Assembly (NCBI GenBank): GCA_964392785.1
Contig: CAYMRH010000002.1
Location: 797 to 64,796, forward strand
DNA length: 64,000 nt
Reading direction: 5' to 3'
Source of the DNA: an uncultured Brevinematales bacterium
Lineage (GTDB): Bacteria > Spirochaetota > Brevinematia > Brevinematales > JAOACQ01
How positions within the stretch are numbered: position 1 is the first letter of the stretch; each line of letters opens with the position of its first letter. Positions 44,329 through 52,375 of this stretch are shown piece after piece. The notes under the pieces were generated by a model. The model saw only the letters and a program-made list of their open reading frames with translations. It did not search any database and was not told where the DNA came from. Both the position numbers and the translations under genes were made by a program.

Positions 44329-45642
44329 ATGACCGCATCCCGACCTGTCTGGAATCCCGAAATGGAGACCATGGATCCCGATGTCCGGAGGTCCCTGCAG
44401 CTCTACCGGCTCAAGGAGCTTTTCTCCTACGTGCGGAACAACGTGCCGTTTTACCGGAAAAAGTTCGAGGAAACCGGCGTGAACGCGTCAGACATACGTT
44501 CCCTGGACGACATCCGCCGCCTGCCCTTCACCACCAAAGCCGACCTGCGGGACAACTACCCCTTCGGGCTGTTCGCCGTTCCCATGGAGAAGATCATCCG
44601 CATCCACGCTTCCAGCGGCACCACGGGCAAACCGACGGTGGTGGGCTACACGCGCGAGGACATCGAAACCTGGTCTGAAGTCATGGCCCGGTCTCTGGTC
44701 GCGGGCGGCGCCACCAGCCATTCCGTGGTCCAGAACGCCTACGGTTACGGCCTCTTTACCGGCGGCCTGGGCATCCACTACGGAGCGGAAAAACTCGGCG
44801 CCTCCGTGATCCCGATTTCCGGCGGCAACACGGCGCGCCAGCTCCTGCTGCTCGAGGACTTCGGTCCCGACGTGATCACCTGCACGCCGTCCTATTCCCT
44901 TTACCTGGCCGAGGAAGCGGAAAAGAAGGGCTTGAACCTGAAAAAACTCAACCTGAAATTCGGCATCTTCGGCGCGGAGCCCTGGTCCGAATCCATGCGC
45001 AGGGAAATCGAGAAACGCCTGCCCATCAAGGCCATCAACATCTACGGGTTGTCGGAAATCATCGGGCCCGGCGTGGCGAACGAATGCCTCGAGCAGAACG
45101 GCCTGCATATTTTTGACGACCACTTCTATCCCGAGATCATCAACCCCGCCACGGGGGACCCGGTGAAGGAGGGTGAAAAGGGCGAACTGGTCATCACCAC
45201 GCTCACCAAGAAGGGTATCCCGCTCATCCGTTACCGCACGCGGGACCTGACCAGCATCCTCCCCGGGACCTGCCCCTGCGGGCGTACGCACCCGCGCATT
45301 GACCGGATCATGGGCCGCTCCGACGACATGCTCATCATCCGCGGCGTGAACGTGTTCCCGTCCCAGATCGAGGAAGTGCTGGTGCAGATCGAGGAAGTGG
45401 CGCCGCATTACCAGCTGATCGTGGAGCGCGAGCATAACCTGGATATCCTGACCGTCATGGTGGAGGTGAACGAAAAGGCCTTCTCCGACGAGATCAAGGG
45501 CCTGGAACGGCTCGAGCGCAAGATCCAGGGAGAGATCGAAAACGTGCTGGGCATTACCGTCACCGTCAAGCTGGTGGAACCGCGCACGGTGGAACGAAGC
45601 GAAGGCAAGGCCAAGCGCATCATTGACAAGCGGCAGATCTGA
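44329..45642 (+). CDS. paaK: phenylacetate-CoA ligase family protein
   Basis: [36 protein letters not shown] and YRTRD motifs, with the C-terminal PaaK domain. Confidence 0.85.
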   Translation: MTASRPVWNPEMETMDPDVRRSLQLYRLKELFSYVRNNVPFYRKKFEETGVNASDIRSLDDIRRLPFTTKADLRDNYPFGLFAVPMEKIIRIHASSGTTGKPTVVGYTREDIETWSEVMARSLVAGGATSHSVVQNAYGYGLFTGGLGIHYGAEKLGASVIPISGGNTARQLLLLEDFGPDVITCTPSYSLYLAEEAEKKGLNLKKLNLKFGIFGAEPWSESMRREIEKRLPIKAINIYGLSEIIGPGVANECLEQNGLHIFDDHFYPEIINPATGDPVKEGEKGELVITTLTKKGIPLIRYRTRDLTSILPGTCPCGRTHPRIDRIMGRSDDMLIIRGVNVFPSQIEEVLVQIEEVAPHYQLIVEREHNLDILTVMVEVNEKAFSDEIKGLERLERKIQGEIENVLGITVTVKLVEPRTVERSEGKAKRIIDKRQI

Positions 45643-45677
45643 CAGTCGGCATAACCGGAATGTGATGGAGGTTTGAC

Positions 45678-46106
45678 ATGGTGAAACAGGTTTCGATCTT
45701 CCTGGAAAATAGAGCCGGCCGGCTGGCCGAAGTGACCAAACTCCTGGCGTCCCAGGGCCTCAACATCCGCGCCCTCTCGCTCGCGGACACGTCCGATTTC
45801 GGCATCCTGCGGCTCATTATGGACGACCCCGAGAAGGCCATCGCGGCCTTGAAGGGCCAGAATTACACCGTTTCGGCCGCGGACGTGGTCGCGATAGAAG
45901 TCCCGGACAAGCCGGGCGGGTTGGCTCGTATCCTGGGCATTTTTGACGACAACCGGATTAACGTGGAATACATGTACGCCTTCCCCACCAACATACCCGA
46001 CAAGGCGGTGCTGATTTTCCGGTTTGACGACAACAAGGCCGTTATGGAAAAACTCAAGGGAAAAGACGTGAAATTGATTACGGCCCAGGAGCTGTACGGT
46101 CTTTGA
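45678..46106 (+). CDS. ACT-domain (amino-acid-binding) protein
   Basis: 142 aa with two ACT-like halves (VSIFLENRAGRLAEVTKLLASQGLNI; IEVPDKPGGLARILGIFDDNRINV). This is the usual companion of iorAB-paaK clusters. Confidence 0.75.
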   Translation: MVKQVSIFLENRAGRLAEVTKLLASQGLNIRALSLADTSDFGILRLIMDDPEKAIAALKGQNYTVSAADVVAIEVPDKPGGLARILGIFDDNRINVEYMYAFPTNIPDKAVLIFRFDDNKAVMEKLKGKDVKLITAQELYGL

Positions 46107-46135
46107 AATGAGCGGAGCCGGCCAGATGTTTAAAA

Positions 46136-46160
46136 GCCGCCCTGATCGGGCGGCTTTTTT
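46136..46160 (+). terminator. intrinsic (bidirectional) terminator after the ACT gene
   Basis: GCCGCCC-TGATC-GGGCGGC stem followed by T6 (46155..46160). An A-run precedes it, so it can also act on the minus strand. Confidence 0.7.
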
Positions 46161-46221
46161 ACCGCCCGAATTCCTTTCCCGTCAGCAGATGATAATAAAA
46201 GATGAGAAGAAAAGCGTCCGG
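46159..46221 (-). pseudogene. orphan duplicate of the last 20 codons plus stop of the HD-GYP-like gene
   Basis: The minus strand encodes PDAFLLIFYYHLLTGKEFGR-stop; the functional end at 46307..46369 encodes PDAFPLIFYYHLLTGKEFDR-stop. 52 of 60 nt are identical. The copy is 148 nt downstream and out of frame. Confidence 0.55.
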
Positions 46222-46306
46222 CCGGGACCATGGATGGTCAAGGTGCCGTGCTGCCAAGGCGCTGCACTGAGCGGAGTCGAAGTGATGGCCAAGCACGGCA
46301 TTCCTT

Positions 46307-47185
46307 TTACCTGTCGAACTCTTTTCCCGTCAACAAATGATAATAAAAGATGAGAGGAAAAGCGTCCGGTAGTATCTTCTTCTGTTTAATCTCTTTTAAA
46401 CAAATATCCATCGCCCCTTCATTTGAGTACACGCCCCTGAACGGCCTGTCGGATACCAGCGCGTCGAAAATATCGCAGGAGCGCAGGATGTTCGTGACAA
46501 AATCGGCGTTCCGGATATGGCGGGGAAAACCCCTGCCGTTCAGCGTTTCGTGATGGTTGACCACCGTGGACAGCAGGTGGTAATATTCGTCCTGGTAGTA
46601 GTACGCGGTGAGCAGCGCGGAGTAATACGGGTGCTGGTCGATCACGTGGCGTTCGCGGGTGGACAGCGCGGTTTCCTTGTGGATGATGGACGGCGGAACC
46701 TTCCCCAGTCCCAGGTCGAACAGGATCCCCACTTCGGAACAGAACAGGATGTCCTCCGCGTCCCAGAGAAAATCGATGGTGATCTGCGTCATCAGGATGG
46801 TGACGCCCAGGATATGATGGTAATTGTAACGGTAGTTCTTTTTGAGCCACCGGAGTTCCTGGAGCACTTCGCGGGGCACGACCACCCGGCCTATCTTTTT
46901 CAGGACTTCCTTTTTGACCTTGGGGTTGCGCGAGATATAGACGTACATGTCCCGGTCATTGCCCAGGAGTTTTGCGCAGTCCTCCAGAAAAAAAGAATCG
47001 GAGAGCTTTTCCAGCTTCTTGCGGTGTTTGCGGCCCAGGGCGGCCACCTCGGCGATCATGTCCGCCGAAAAGATGTCTCCCTCGCGGGCGATCACCTCGT
47101 GGTCCCAGGTGTTGATGGACACGGACAGCTTGGCCTTCCCGACCAGGGGCGACTTGATCCGGTGGACGATGTTCTGCAAAGCCAT
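46307..47185 (-). CDS. HD-GYP-family domain protein with degenerate catalytic motifs
   Basis: HD-GYP scaffold: YHHILGV, LFDLGLGK in place of LHDIGK, HHETLNGRGFP in place of HHE..DG.GYP, and CDIFDALVSDRPFRG. Confidence 0.7.
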   Translation of the reverse strand: MALQNIVHRIKSPLVGKAKLSVSINTWDHEVIAREGDIFSADMIAEVAALGRKHRKKLEKLSDSFFLEDCAKLLGNDRDMYVYISRNPKVKKEVLKKIGRVVVPREVLQELRWLKKNYRYNYHHILGVTILMTQITIDFLWDAEDILFCSEVGILFDLGLGKVPPSIIHKETALSTRERHVIDQHPYYSALLTAYYYQDEYYHLLSTVVNHHETLNGRGFPRHIRNADFVTNILRSCDIFDALVSDRPFRGVYSNEGAMDICLKEIKQKKILPDAFPLIFYYHLLTGKEFDR

Positions 47186-47220
47186 GATTCACCTTCCGGA
47201 ATGATTATACGATAACGGAT

Positions 47221-48078
47221 TCATCCTATCAAGAACACCGGGACAGGGGATTGATGGATCACCGTTTCCGCCACCCCGCCCAGAAGCATTTCCTTTACGT
47301 CACTGCGGCCCTTTTTTCCCAGGACAATCAGGCTGGCGTCCCGGCCTTTTGCGTATTCCAGGATCTCCGTCATGGCGTAGCCGCTGCGGATCTCGCTCTT
47401 CACGTCGCGGAAACCCGCCGATTCAAAGCGGCTCCGGAGCGTTTCCAGCCTGGCCGTGTCCTCGCTGTTGAAACCCGCCATCCTGCCGTCGTCCACGTGC
47501 TTCAGCTGGCGCGCGTCCTGCACGTGAAGGAGAAGCAGTTCCTGGCCGGATTCCCTCGCCATTTTTGCGACATAGGCTTCGCAACGACCCGCCGGTCCGG
47601 AAAAATCCGTCACAAAAAGGATTTTCCGGAACACGTCCGCGCAGGAGGGCCGGACGTCCCCGGCGCTTTCCGGCTCCTTCTTCAGCTTGTAAATAAAAAC
47701 GGGTTTTTGCGTGTGATGCACCACGTTTTCCGTCACGCTCCCCAGAAACATCCGGTCCAGAAACGAACTGCCGTGAGAACCGAGCATGACAAAAGACCAG
47801 TCGCCCTTGTCCGCCTCTTCCACGATCTCAAGCCAGGGAACACCCTTCACGATCCGGTAATCCGCACGGATCCCGCTTTCCTCCAGCAGCGCCTTCCATC
47901 GCTCCAGCATTTTTTGGTCCGCGTCCCGGCTCACGGCTCCGCGCGCCAGATCGGCGGCGGACAGGACGTGAAAAAGCAGAACGTCCTCCACCCCGTTCCG
48001 GGACAACCCCGCCAGACAGCCGATGATCTGTTCCGCGTAATCGTTCATGATGACGGGAAAAAGAACTTTGCCGAGCAT
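47221..48078 (-). CDS. tandem universal stress protein (UspA) domain protein
   Basis: Two Usp halves, each ending in G(S/K).G....(M/F)LGSV...V......PV(F/L) motifs (MLGSHGSSFLDRMFLGSVTENVVHHTQKPVFIY; VLGKKGRSDVKEMLLGGVAETVIHQSPVPVFLI). Confidence 0.8.
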   Translation of the reverse strand: MLGKVLFPVIMNDYAEQIIGCLAGLSRNGVEDVLLFHVLSAADLARGAVSRDADQKMLERWKALLEESGIRADYRIVKGVPWLEIVEEADKGDWSFVMLGSHGSSFLDRMFLGSVTENVVHHTQKPVFIYKLKKEPESAGDVRPSCADVFRKILFVTDFSGPAGRCEAYVAKMARESGQELLLLHVQDARQLKHVDDGRMAGFNSEDTARLETLRSRFESAGFRDVKSEIRSGYAMTEILEYAKGRDASLIVLGKKGRSDVKEMLLGGVAETVIHQSPVPVFLIG

Positions 48079-48084
48079 GGCCGC

Positions 48085-49452
48085 CTAACCTTCCCGTTTT
48101 TTCAGGATCAGGCGCATTTTGGCGAGCGCGTCATCCAGAACGCTTTTTTCCTCCGCTTCGCCGATCAGACGGACCACCGGTTCCGTGTTGGACGCCCGCA
48201 GGTGGATCCAGGCCTTGCGGCCGCTCACCGTCCAGTCCAGCCGCACTCCGTCCAGCGTGTTCAGGCGGGCGTTGCGGAATTCTTCCTTGAGTTCTCGGAC
48301 CAGCGTCAGGACATTCCCGGAGAAACGGAATTTTTCCTTGATCATGGCGTAGCGGGGAAACGCTTCCGTTATCCGGGCCAGGGGCTGGTTCCTCAAAGCC
48401 ATGAGTTCCAGGACCAGCGCAATCCCGACCAGGCTGTCACGAGCCGTATTGAGGGCGGGATAAATCACACCGCCGTTTCCTTCGCCGCCGATCAGGGCCT
48501 TGTGCAGCCGGATCCCCTCCACAACGTTCGCCTCTCCCACCTTGGTCCGGAATACGCGGCACCCGTAACGGGCGGCAATATGATCGCTGATCATGGAAGA
48601 AGACAGGTTCACCACCACACTTCCCCTCTTCCGGGACAACACGTTTTCCAGGGCAAGGGACAGTGTCCATTCCTCAGACAATACGCGGCCCGTGCCCTCG
48701 ATCACGACCAGACGGTCGGCGTCGGGGTCCTGGGCAAAAGCGACATCGGCCTTTTCCGCGCGGACGATCTTTTCCAGGTGCTTCAGGTTGGCCGGCGTCG
48801 GTTCGGCGCCCCGGGCAAACCGTCCCGTCAACTCCCCGTTGACCACGGTCACGCGGCACCCCAGTTCCTCGAGCAGGGTTTTTGTAACGGCCCCGCCCGC
48901 GCTGTTGACCGGGTCCAGAACCACGCGAAATTTCCGCGCCCGGATTTTTTCGGCATCTACTCCGGACAAAACCTGCTGCAAATGCAGTTTCACGGCGCTG
49001 GCATCCGTTATGGTCGTTCCCAGGCGGTCGTACCGGGCTTCGGGACACCCCGTCTTCAGGTATTTCCGGATCCGGGCCACGTCGGCTTCGTCCGTAAACA
49101 CGCCGCCCTTTTTGACAAACTTGAAGGCGTTCCATTCCACCGGATTGTGCGACGCGGTCACAATCACGCCTCCGGAGAGTCCCAGACGGCGCACGCCGTA
49201 CAGGATCGTGGGGGTGGGCACAACTCCGCAATCCGCCACGTCAATGCCGAGCGCGTTCAACGCGGAAGCCGTGAAACGGGAGATCATTTCCCCGGTGGGC
49301 CTCGCGTCTCGGCCCAGAAGCACCCGGGGTTTTGACATACCCGATTTCAGGAACCTTCCGAAAGCCCGAGTGTAGTCCAACAGGGCATCCAGACCCAGTG
49401 TATCGCCCCAAACACCGCGGATTCCGGAAACGCTCACCTTTAATTCAGACAT
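48085..49452 (-). CDS. phosphohexomutase family protein (PMM/PGM/GlmM-like)
   Basis: VSGIRG, active-site TASHNPVEWNAFKF, DPDADR metal loop, GGEGNGG sugar loop and RASNTEPVVR phosphate loop. Confidence 0.75.
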   Translation of the reverse strand: MSELKVSVSGIRGVWGDTLGLDALLDYTRAFGRFLKSGMSKPRVLLGRDARPTGEMISRFTASALNALGIDVADCGVVPTPTILYGVRRLGLSGGVIVTASHNPVEWNAFKFVKKGGVFTDEADVARIRKYLKTGCPEARYDRLGTTITDASAVKLHLQQVLSGVDAEKIRARKFRVVLDPVNSAGGAVTKTLLEELGCRVTVVNGELTGRFARGAEPTPANLKHLEKIVRAEKADVAFAQDPDADRLVVIEGTGRVLSEEWTLSLALENVLSRKRGSVVVNLSSSMISDHIAARYGCRVFRTKVGEANVVEGIRLHKALIGGEGNGGVIYPALNTARDSLVGIALVLELMALRNQPLARITEAFPRYAMIKEKFRFSGNVLTLVRELKEEFRNARLNTLDGVRLDWTVSGRKAWIHLRASNTEPVVRLIGEAEEKSVLDDALAKMRLILKKREG

Positions 49453-49595
49453 GTTTCTATTCTCCTTGACGAATCGATATTATACGACCGGCGGGGAAAA
49501 TTGTCTAACGGACGGGTTCCGTTGATTTTTCCGCGCCGGGACGTGGAATTTTTTCCTGATCCGGAATATAATTTCCGTTTGAGTATCGGATCCGC

Positions 49596-51026
49596 ATGGG
49601 GGCCTCCATGACCAGAATCTTTACGATTATATTTCTCTTCATCGCGGGCGCGCTGTTCGCAGACACCGCAGAGTACGACATCGTAATCCGCAACGGCCGG
49701 GTCATGGATCCCGAAACAAGACTGGATAAAACCGGGCTTTCCGTGGGAATCAACGGCAACCGCGTGGCCATCGTGACCGACAAGGCCCTTCGCGGCCGCA
49801 GGGAAATCGACGCGACGGGACTGGTGGTCGCGCCCGGGTTTATCGACAACCTGACCTACTCTCCCACCACCATGGGCGTGGCGAACAAGATCGCGGACGG
49901 CGTCACCACGCTGATCGACATGCACGGCGGGTCCGCCACGCCGGAAACCTGGTACCCCCTGCAGGACGCCAAAAAATGGCCGGTCAATTACGGCGTATCG
50001 TTTTTTTACACTCAGGTGAGAAACGCATTCGGCCTGTCCCGTTACAAGCCCGCGTCCGAAAAACAGATCCAAAAAGCGGTGGAACTCGCCGCGCACGGGC
50101 TATCCAACGGATGTCTGGGCATTTCTTTCAGCCTGGAATACAATCCCGGCATTACGTCCAACGAAATCGTTCCCCTGATGCGGCTGGCGGACCGGCACGG
50201 CGTTCCCGTATATTTCCACACCAGGTATTCCACCACAAACGAACCGGACACCGGCATTAAAGGCCTGGAGGAGGTGATCGGTTACGCCCGGGAAACGGGC
50301 GCCATGCTCCACATCGACCACATCACGAGCACGGGCGGAACGTTCTGCATGCCGCTGGCGCTCGGCTTGATTGACAAGGCCCGCCGCGAAGGAATGGATG
50401 TCACGGCCTGCCTTTACCCGTATCACTACTGGGCCACTTATCTCAATTCGGCGCGGTTCGACAAGGGCTGGCAGCGGCGTTTCAACATCACTTATTCCGA
50501 CCTTCAGCTGGGCGGCCACACAAACCGTCTCACGCCCGAAACGTTCGCGATCTACCGGGCACAGGGCAAACTGGCCATCGCGTACGCCATTCCCGAAGAG
50601 GACGTCCAGGCCGGACTCCGGTCGCCTTTTGTCATGCTGGGCAGCGACGCCATCCTCTCCCCCAATTTCAACAACCACCCCCGCGCCTCGGGAGCGTTCT
50701 GCCGGACAATCGGCGTGTATGTCCGCGAGCGCAAAGTCCTGTCCCTCATGGACGCGCTGAAAAAAATGACGCTGGACCCGGCCCGGCGACTGGAAAAACG
50801 CTGCCCGGCCATGCGCATCCGGGGACGCCTTTCGGCGGGATCCGCCGCGGATATCACGATTTTCGATTACGATACAATTTCAGACAGGGCCACACCGGAA
50901 CACCCGGAATACCGTTCCACGGGAGTCCGATACGTGATCATAAACGGCGTTCTGGTCAAGGACGGCGACAAGATCCGGAGATCGGGAAAGGGAATCGCCA
51001 TCAAGAGCGACATCGGCTCGCGGTGA
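49596..51026 (+). CDS. secreted amidohydrolase (D-aminoacylase / Amidohydro_3-like)
   Basis: Signal peptide, YDIVIRNGRVMD...IDATGLVVAPGFID N-terminus, and LGSDAI near the C-terminus. The usual HxH after PGFID is replaced by NLT. An alternative ATG lies at 49608. Confidence 0.65.
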   Translation: MGASMTRIFTIIFLFIAGALFADTAEYDIVIRNGRVMDPETRLDKTGLSVGINGNRVAIVTDKALRGRREIDATGLVVAPGFIDNLTYSPTTMGVANKIADGVTTLIDMHGGSATPETWYPLQDAKKWPVNYGVSFFYTQVRNAFGLSRYKPASEKQIQKAVELAAHGLSNGCLGISFSLEYNPGITSNEIVPLMRLADRHGVPVYFHTRYSTTNEPDTGIKGLEEVIGYARETGAMLHIDHITSTGGTFCMPLALGLIDKARREGMDVTACLYPYHYWATYLNSARFDKGWQRRFNITYSDLQLGGHTNRLTPETFAIYRAQGKLAIAYAIPEEDVQAGLRSPFVMLGSDAILSPNFNNHPRASGAFCRTIGVYVRERKVLSLMDALKKMTLDPARRLEKRCPAMRIRGRLSAGSAADITIFDYDTISDRATPEHPEYRSTGVRYVIINGVLVKDGDKIRRSGKGIAIKSDIGSR

Positions 51027-51045
51027 GAATATCAGAATTAAGAAG

Positions 51046-51075
51046 GGCCGGCCCGTTCAGGCCGGCCTTTCTTTT
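51046..51075. terminator. bidirectional intrinsic terminator between convergent genes
   Basis: GGCCGGCC-CGTTCA-GGCCGGCC stem (51046..51067) followed by TTTCTTTT on the plus strand. It sits between the amidohydrolase stop and the PorV-like gene stop. Confidence 0.65.
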
Positions 51076-51086
51076 ACAGACGCTCG

Positions 51087-52349
51087 TTAGCGGTTGGTGG
51101 TCCGTGTTGCCGGCGGCCGGCTCGGTTTTGCCGGAGCGGGGGCCGGGGCTTTGTTCGTGGCGGGCGCCGGACCTTTGATCAGTTCATCCATCTGCTGGCG
51201 TTTCTGCTGTTCTTCGCGGTATATGAACGAGCTTCCGGGCAGCAGCAGGTTGTACATCAGGGCCACGGTATGCTTCAGAGCCCCCGAATTCAGGCCGTAC
51301 TCGATGGCGTAATCCAGGACCAGCTGGTGCTGCTGGTTGAAGACATAGTTGAAACCGATCCCGCCAGACACTCCGAACGATCCCTGGAGCTGCAGGATCC
51401 AGAGGTCCAGCGTGTCTCCGATCTTTTTGGCCTGGTAGGAGAACCCCATCCTGACCGCGAGCATTTCGCCGGCAAAGGTGTTGCCCTTGAAAAGTTCGCT
51501 GGCGGTCAACTGGCGGAACTCGTAACCCAGGTTCCAGGCCATTTCGGCCTGCCGGTTGTCCGTGGCGTCGCGGCCGTAAGCCACGATCCCGAATCCCAGG
51601 TGGGACTTCTTGAAGATCAGGAGGTTCCCCAATTCCCAGTTGACCCCGAAGGACAGTTCCGAAGGCAGCGTGTCCGTCCCGTCCGGCATGATGGATATGT
51701 TGGGAGAAATCAAATTCCGGTAGGCCAGGCCCAGATGGATGGTTTCGCTGAAATCGTAGGTCGCGCCGATGTCCATGCCGAACGAAAGCCGGCCCAGCTG
51801 GGTAAAGGCCTCGTTCGCCTGGACGTCCACGGTGTTCCCCACGCCGATATCGTACAACGCGAACCGGAATCCCAGCGCCAGTTTCGCGCCCTTGGAAATC
51901 ACGTCGTGCAGGTCCTTGGCGTAATAGAGGCTGTACACGCCCTCGTGATAGAATTCCGTTTCGGTCCCGTCCACGTCCACGCCGCCCACCCCCAGCCGGT
52001 GGAACGACAGCCCCAGCGCCGCGCGCTTGGTGAAAAAGTTGTCCGGCGGAATGGTGAAGGAATTCCAGAACGGTATGCAGAAATTCACGTTGAACGTGTT
52101 GATGCCGGACTGGTCGTTCAATCCCGTGTAGGGCGTGTCCCAGGACAGGTAGGTCTGGATACTGCGCAGGAGGGCCAGGTTGGCCGGGTTGTACATCATG
52201 GTGGCCGCGCCGTCGAAATCCGCGAAGATGGCGTTGCCCATCGCGCGTCCGCGCGTGGAACCGCCGATATCCTCGAACGCGGCGTGGGTCGGCACCGTCG
52301 CTCCCGCCCAGAGGGCCAGGATCCCGAGTGTGATGAGTGCCCGTTTCAT
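51087..52349 (-). CDS. PorV/PorQ-like (FadL-fold) outer-membrane beta-barrel protein
   Basis: Signal peptide (MKRALITLGILALWAGATVPTHA). N-terminal motif GGSTRGRAMGNAIFADFDGAATMMYNPANLA resembles the PorV family. Alternating amphipathic strands rich in G/Y/F. A ~45-aa Pro/Ala-rich C-terminal extension. AGGAGG Shine-Dalgarno 26 nt after the giant-gene stop. Confidence 0.5.
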   Translation of the reverse strand: MKRALITLGILALWAGATVPTHAAFEDIGGSTRGRAMGNAIFADFDGAATMMYNPANLALLRSIQTYLSWDTPYTGLNDQSGINTFNVNFCIPFWNSFTIPPDNFFTKRAALGLSFHRLGVGGVDVDGTETEFYHEGVYSLYYAKDLHDVISKGAKLALGFRFALYDIGVGNTVDVQANEAFTQLGRLSFGMDIGATYDFSETIHLGLAYRNLISPNISIMPDGTDTLPSELSFGVNWELGNLLIFKKSHLGFGIVAYGRDATDNRQAEMAWNLGYEFRQLTASELFKGNTFAGEMLAVRMGFSYQAKKIGDTLDLWILQLQGSFGVSGGIGFNYVFNQQHQLVLDYAIEYGLNSGALKHTVALMYNLLLPGSSFIYREEQQKRQQMDELIKGPAPATNKAPAPAPAKPSRPPATRTTNR

Positions 52350-52375
52350 GTTGTCCTCCTGCCCGGTCTCTTCGC

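Noticed and set aside
46108-46353. 81-aa plus-strand ORF after the ACT gene
   Set aside because: It spans the intrinsic terminator and reads the duplicated HD-GYP gene tail in antisense, which is why QQMIIKDEKK and TNDNKR recur. It is an artefact of the duplication.
47251-49335. 694-aa plus-strand ORF, one of the longest in the track
   Set aside because: It runs antisense across two genes with clear family signatures (tandem Usp; phosphohexomutase with TASHNP and DPDADR). Its translation is Arg/Pro/Gly/His-rich low-complexity sequence typical of antisense frames in GC-rich DNA. No Shine-Dalgarno and no recognisable motif.
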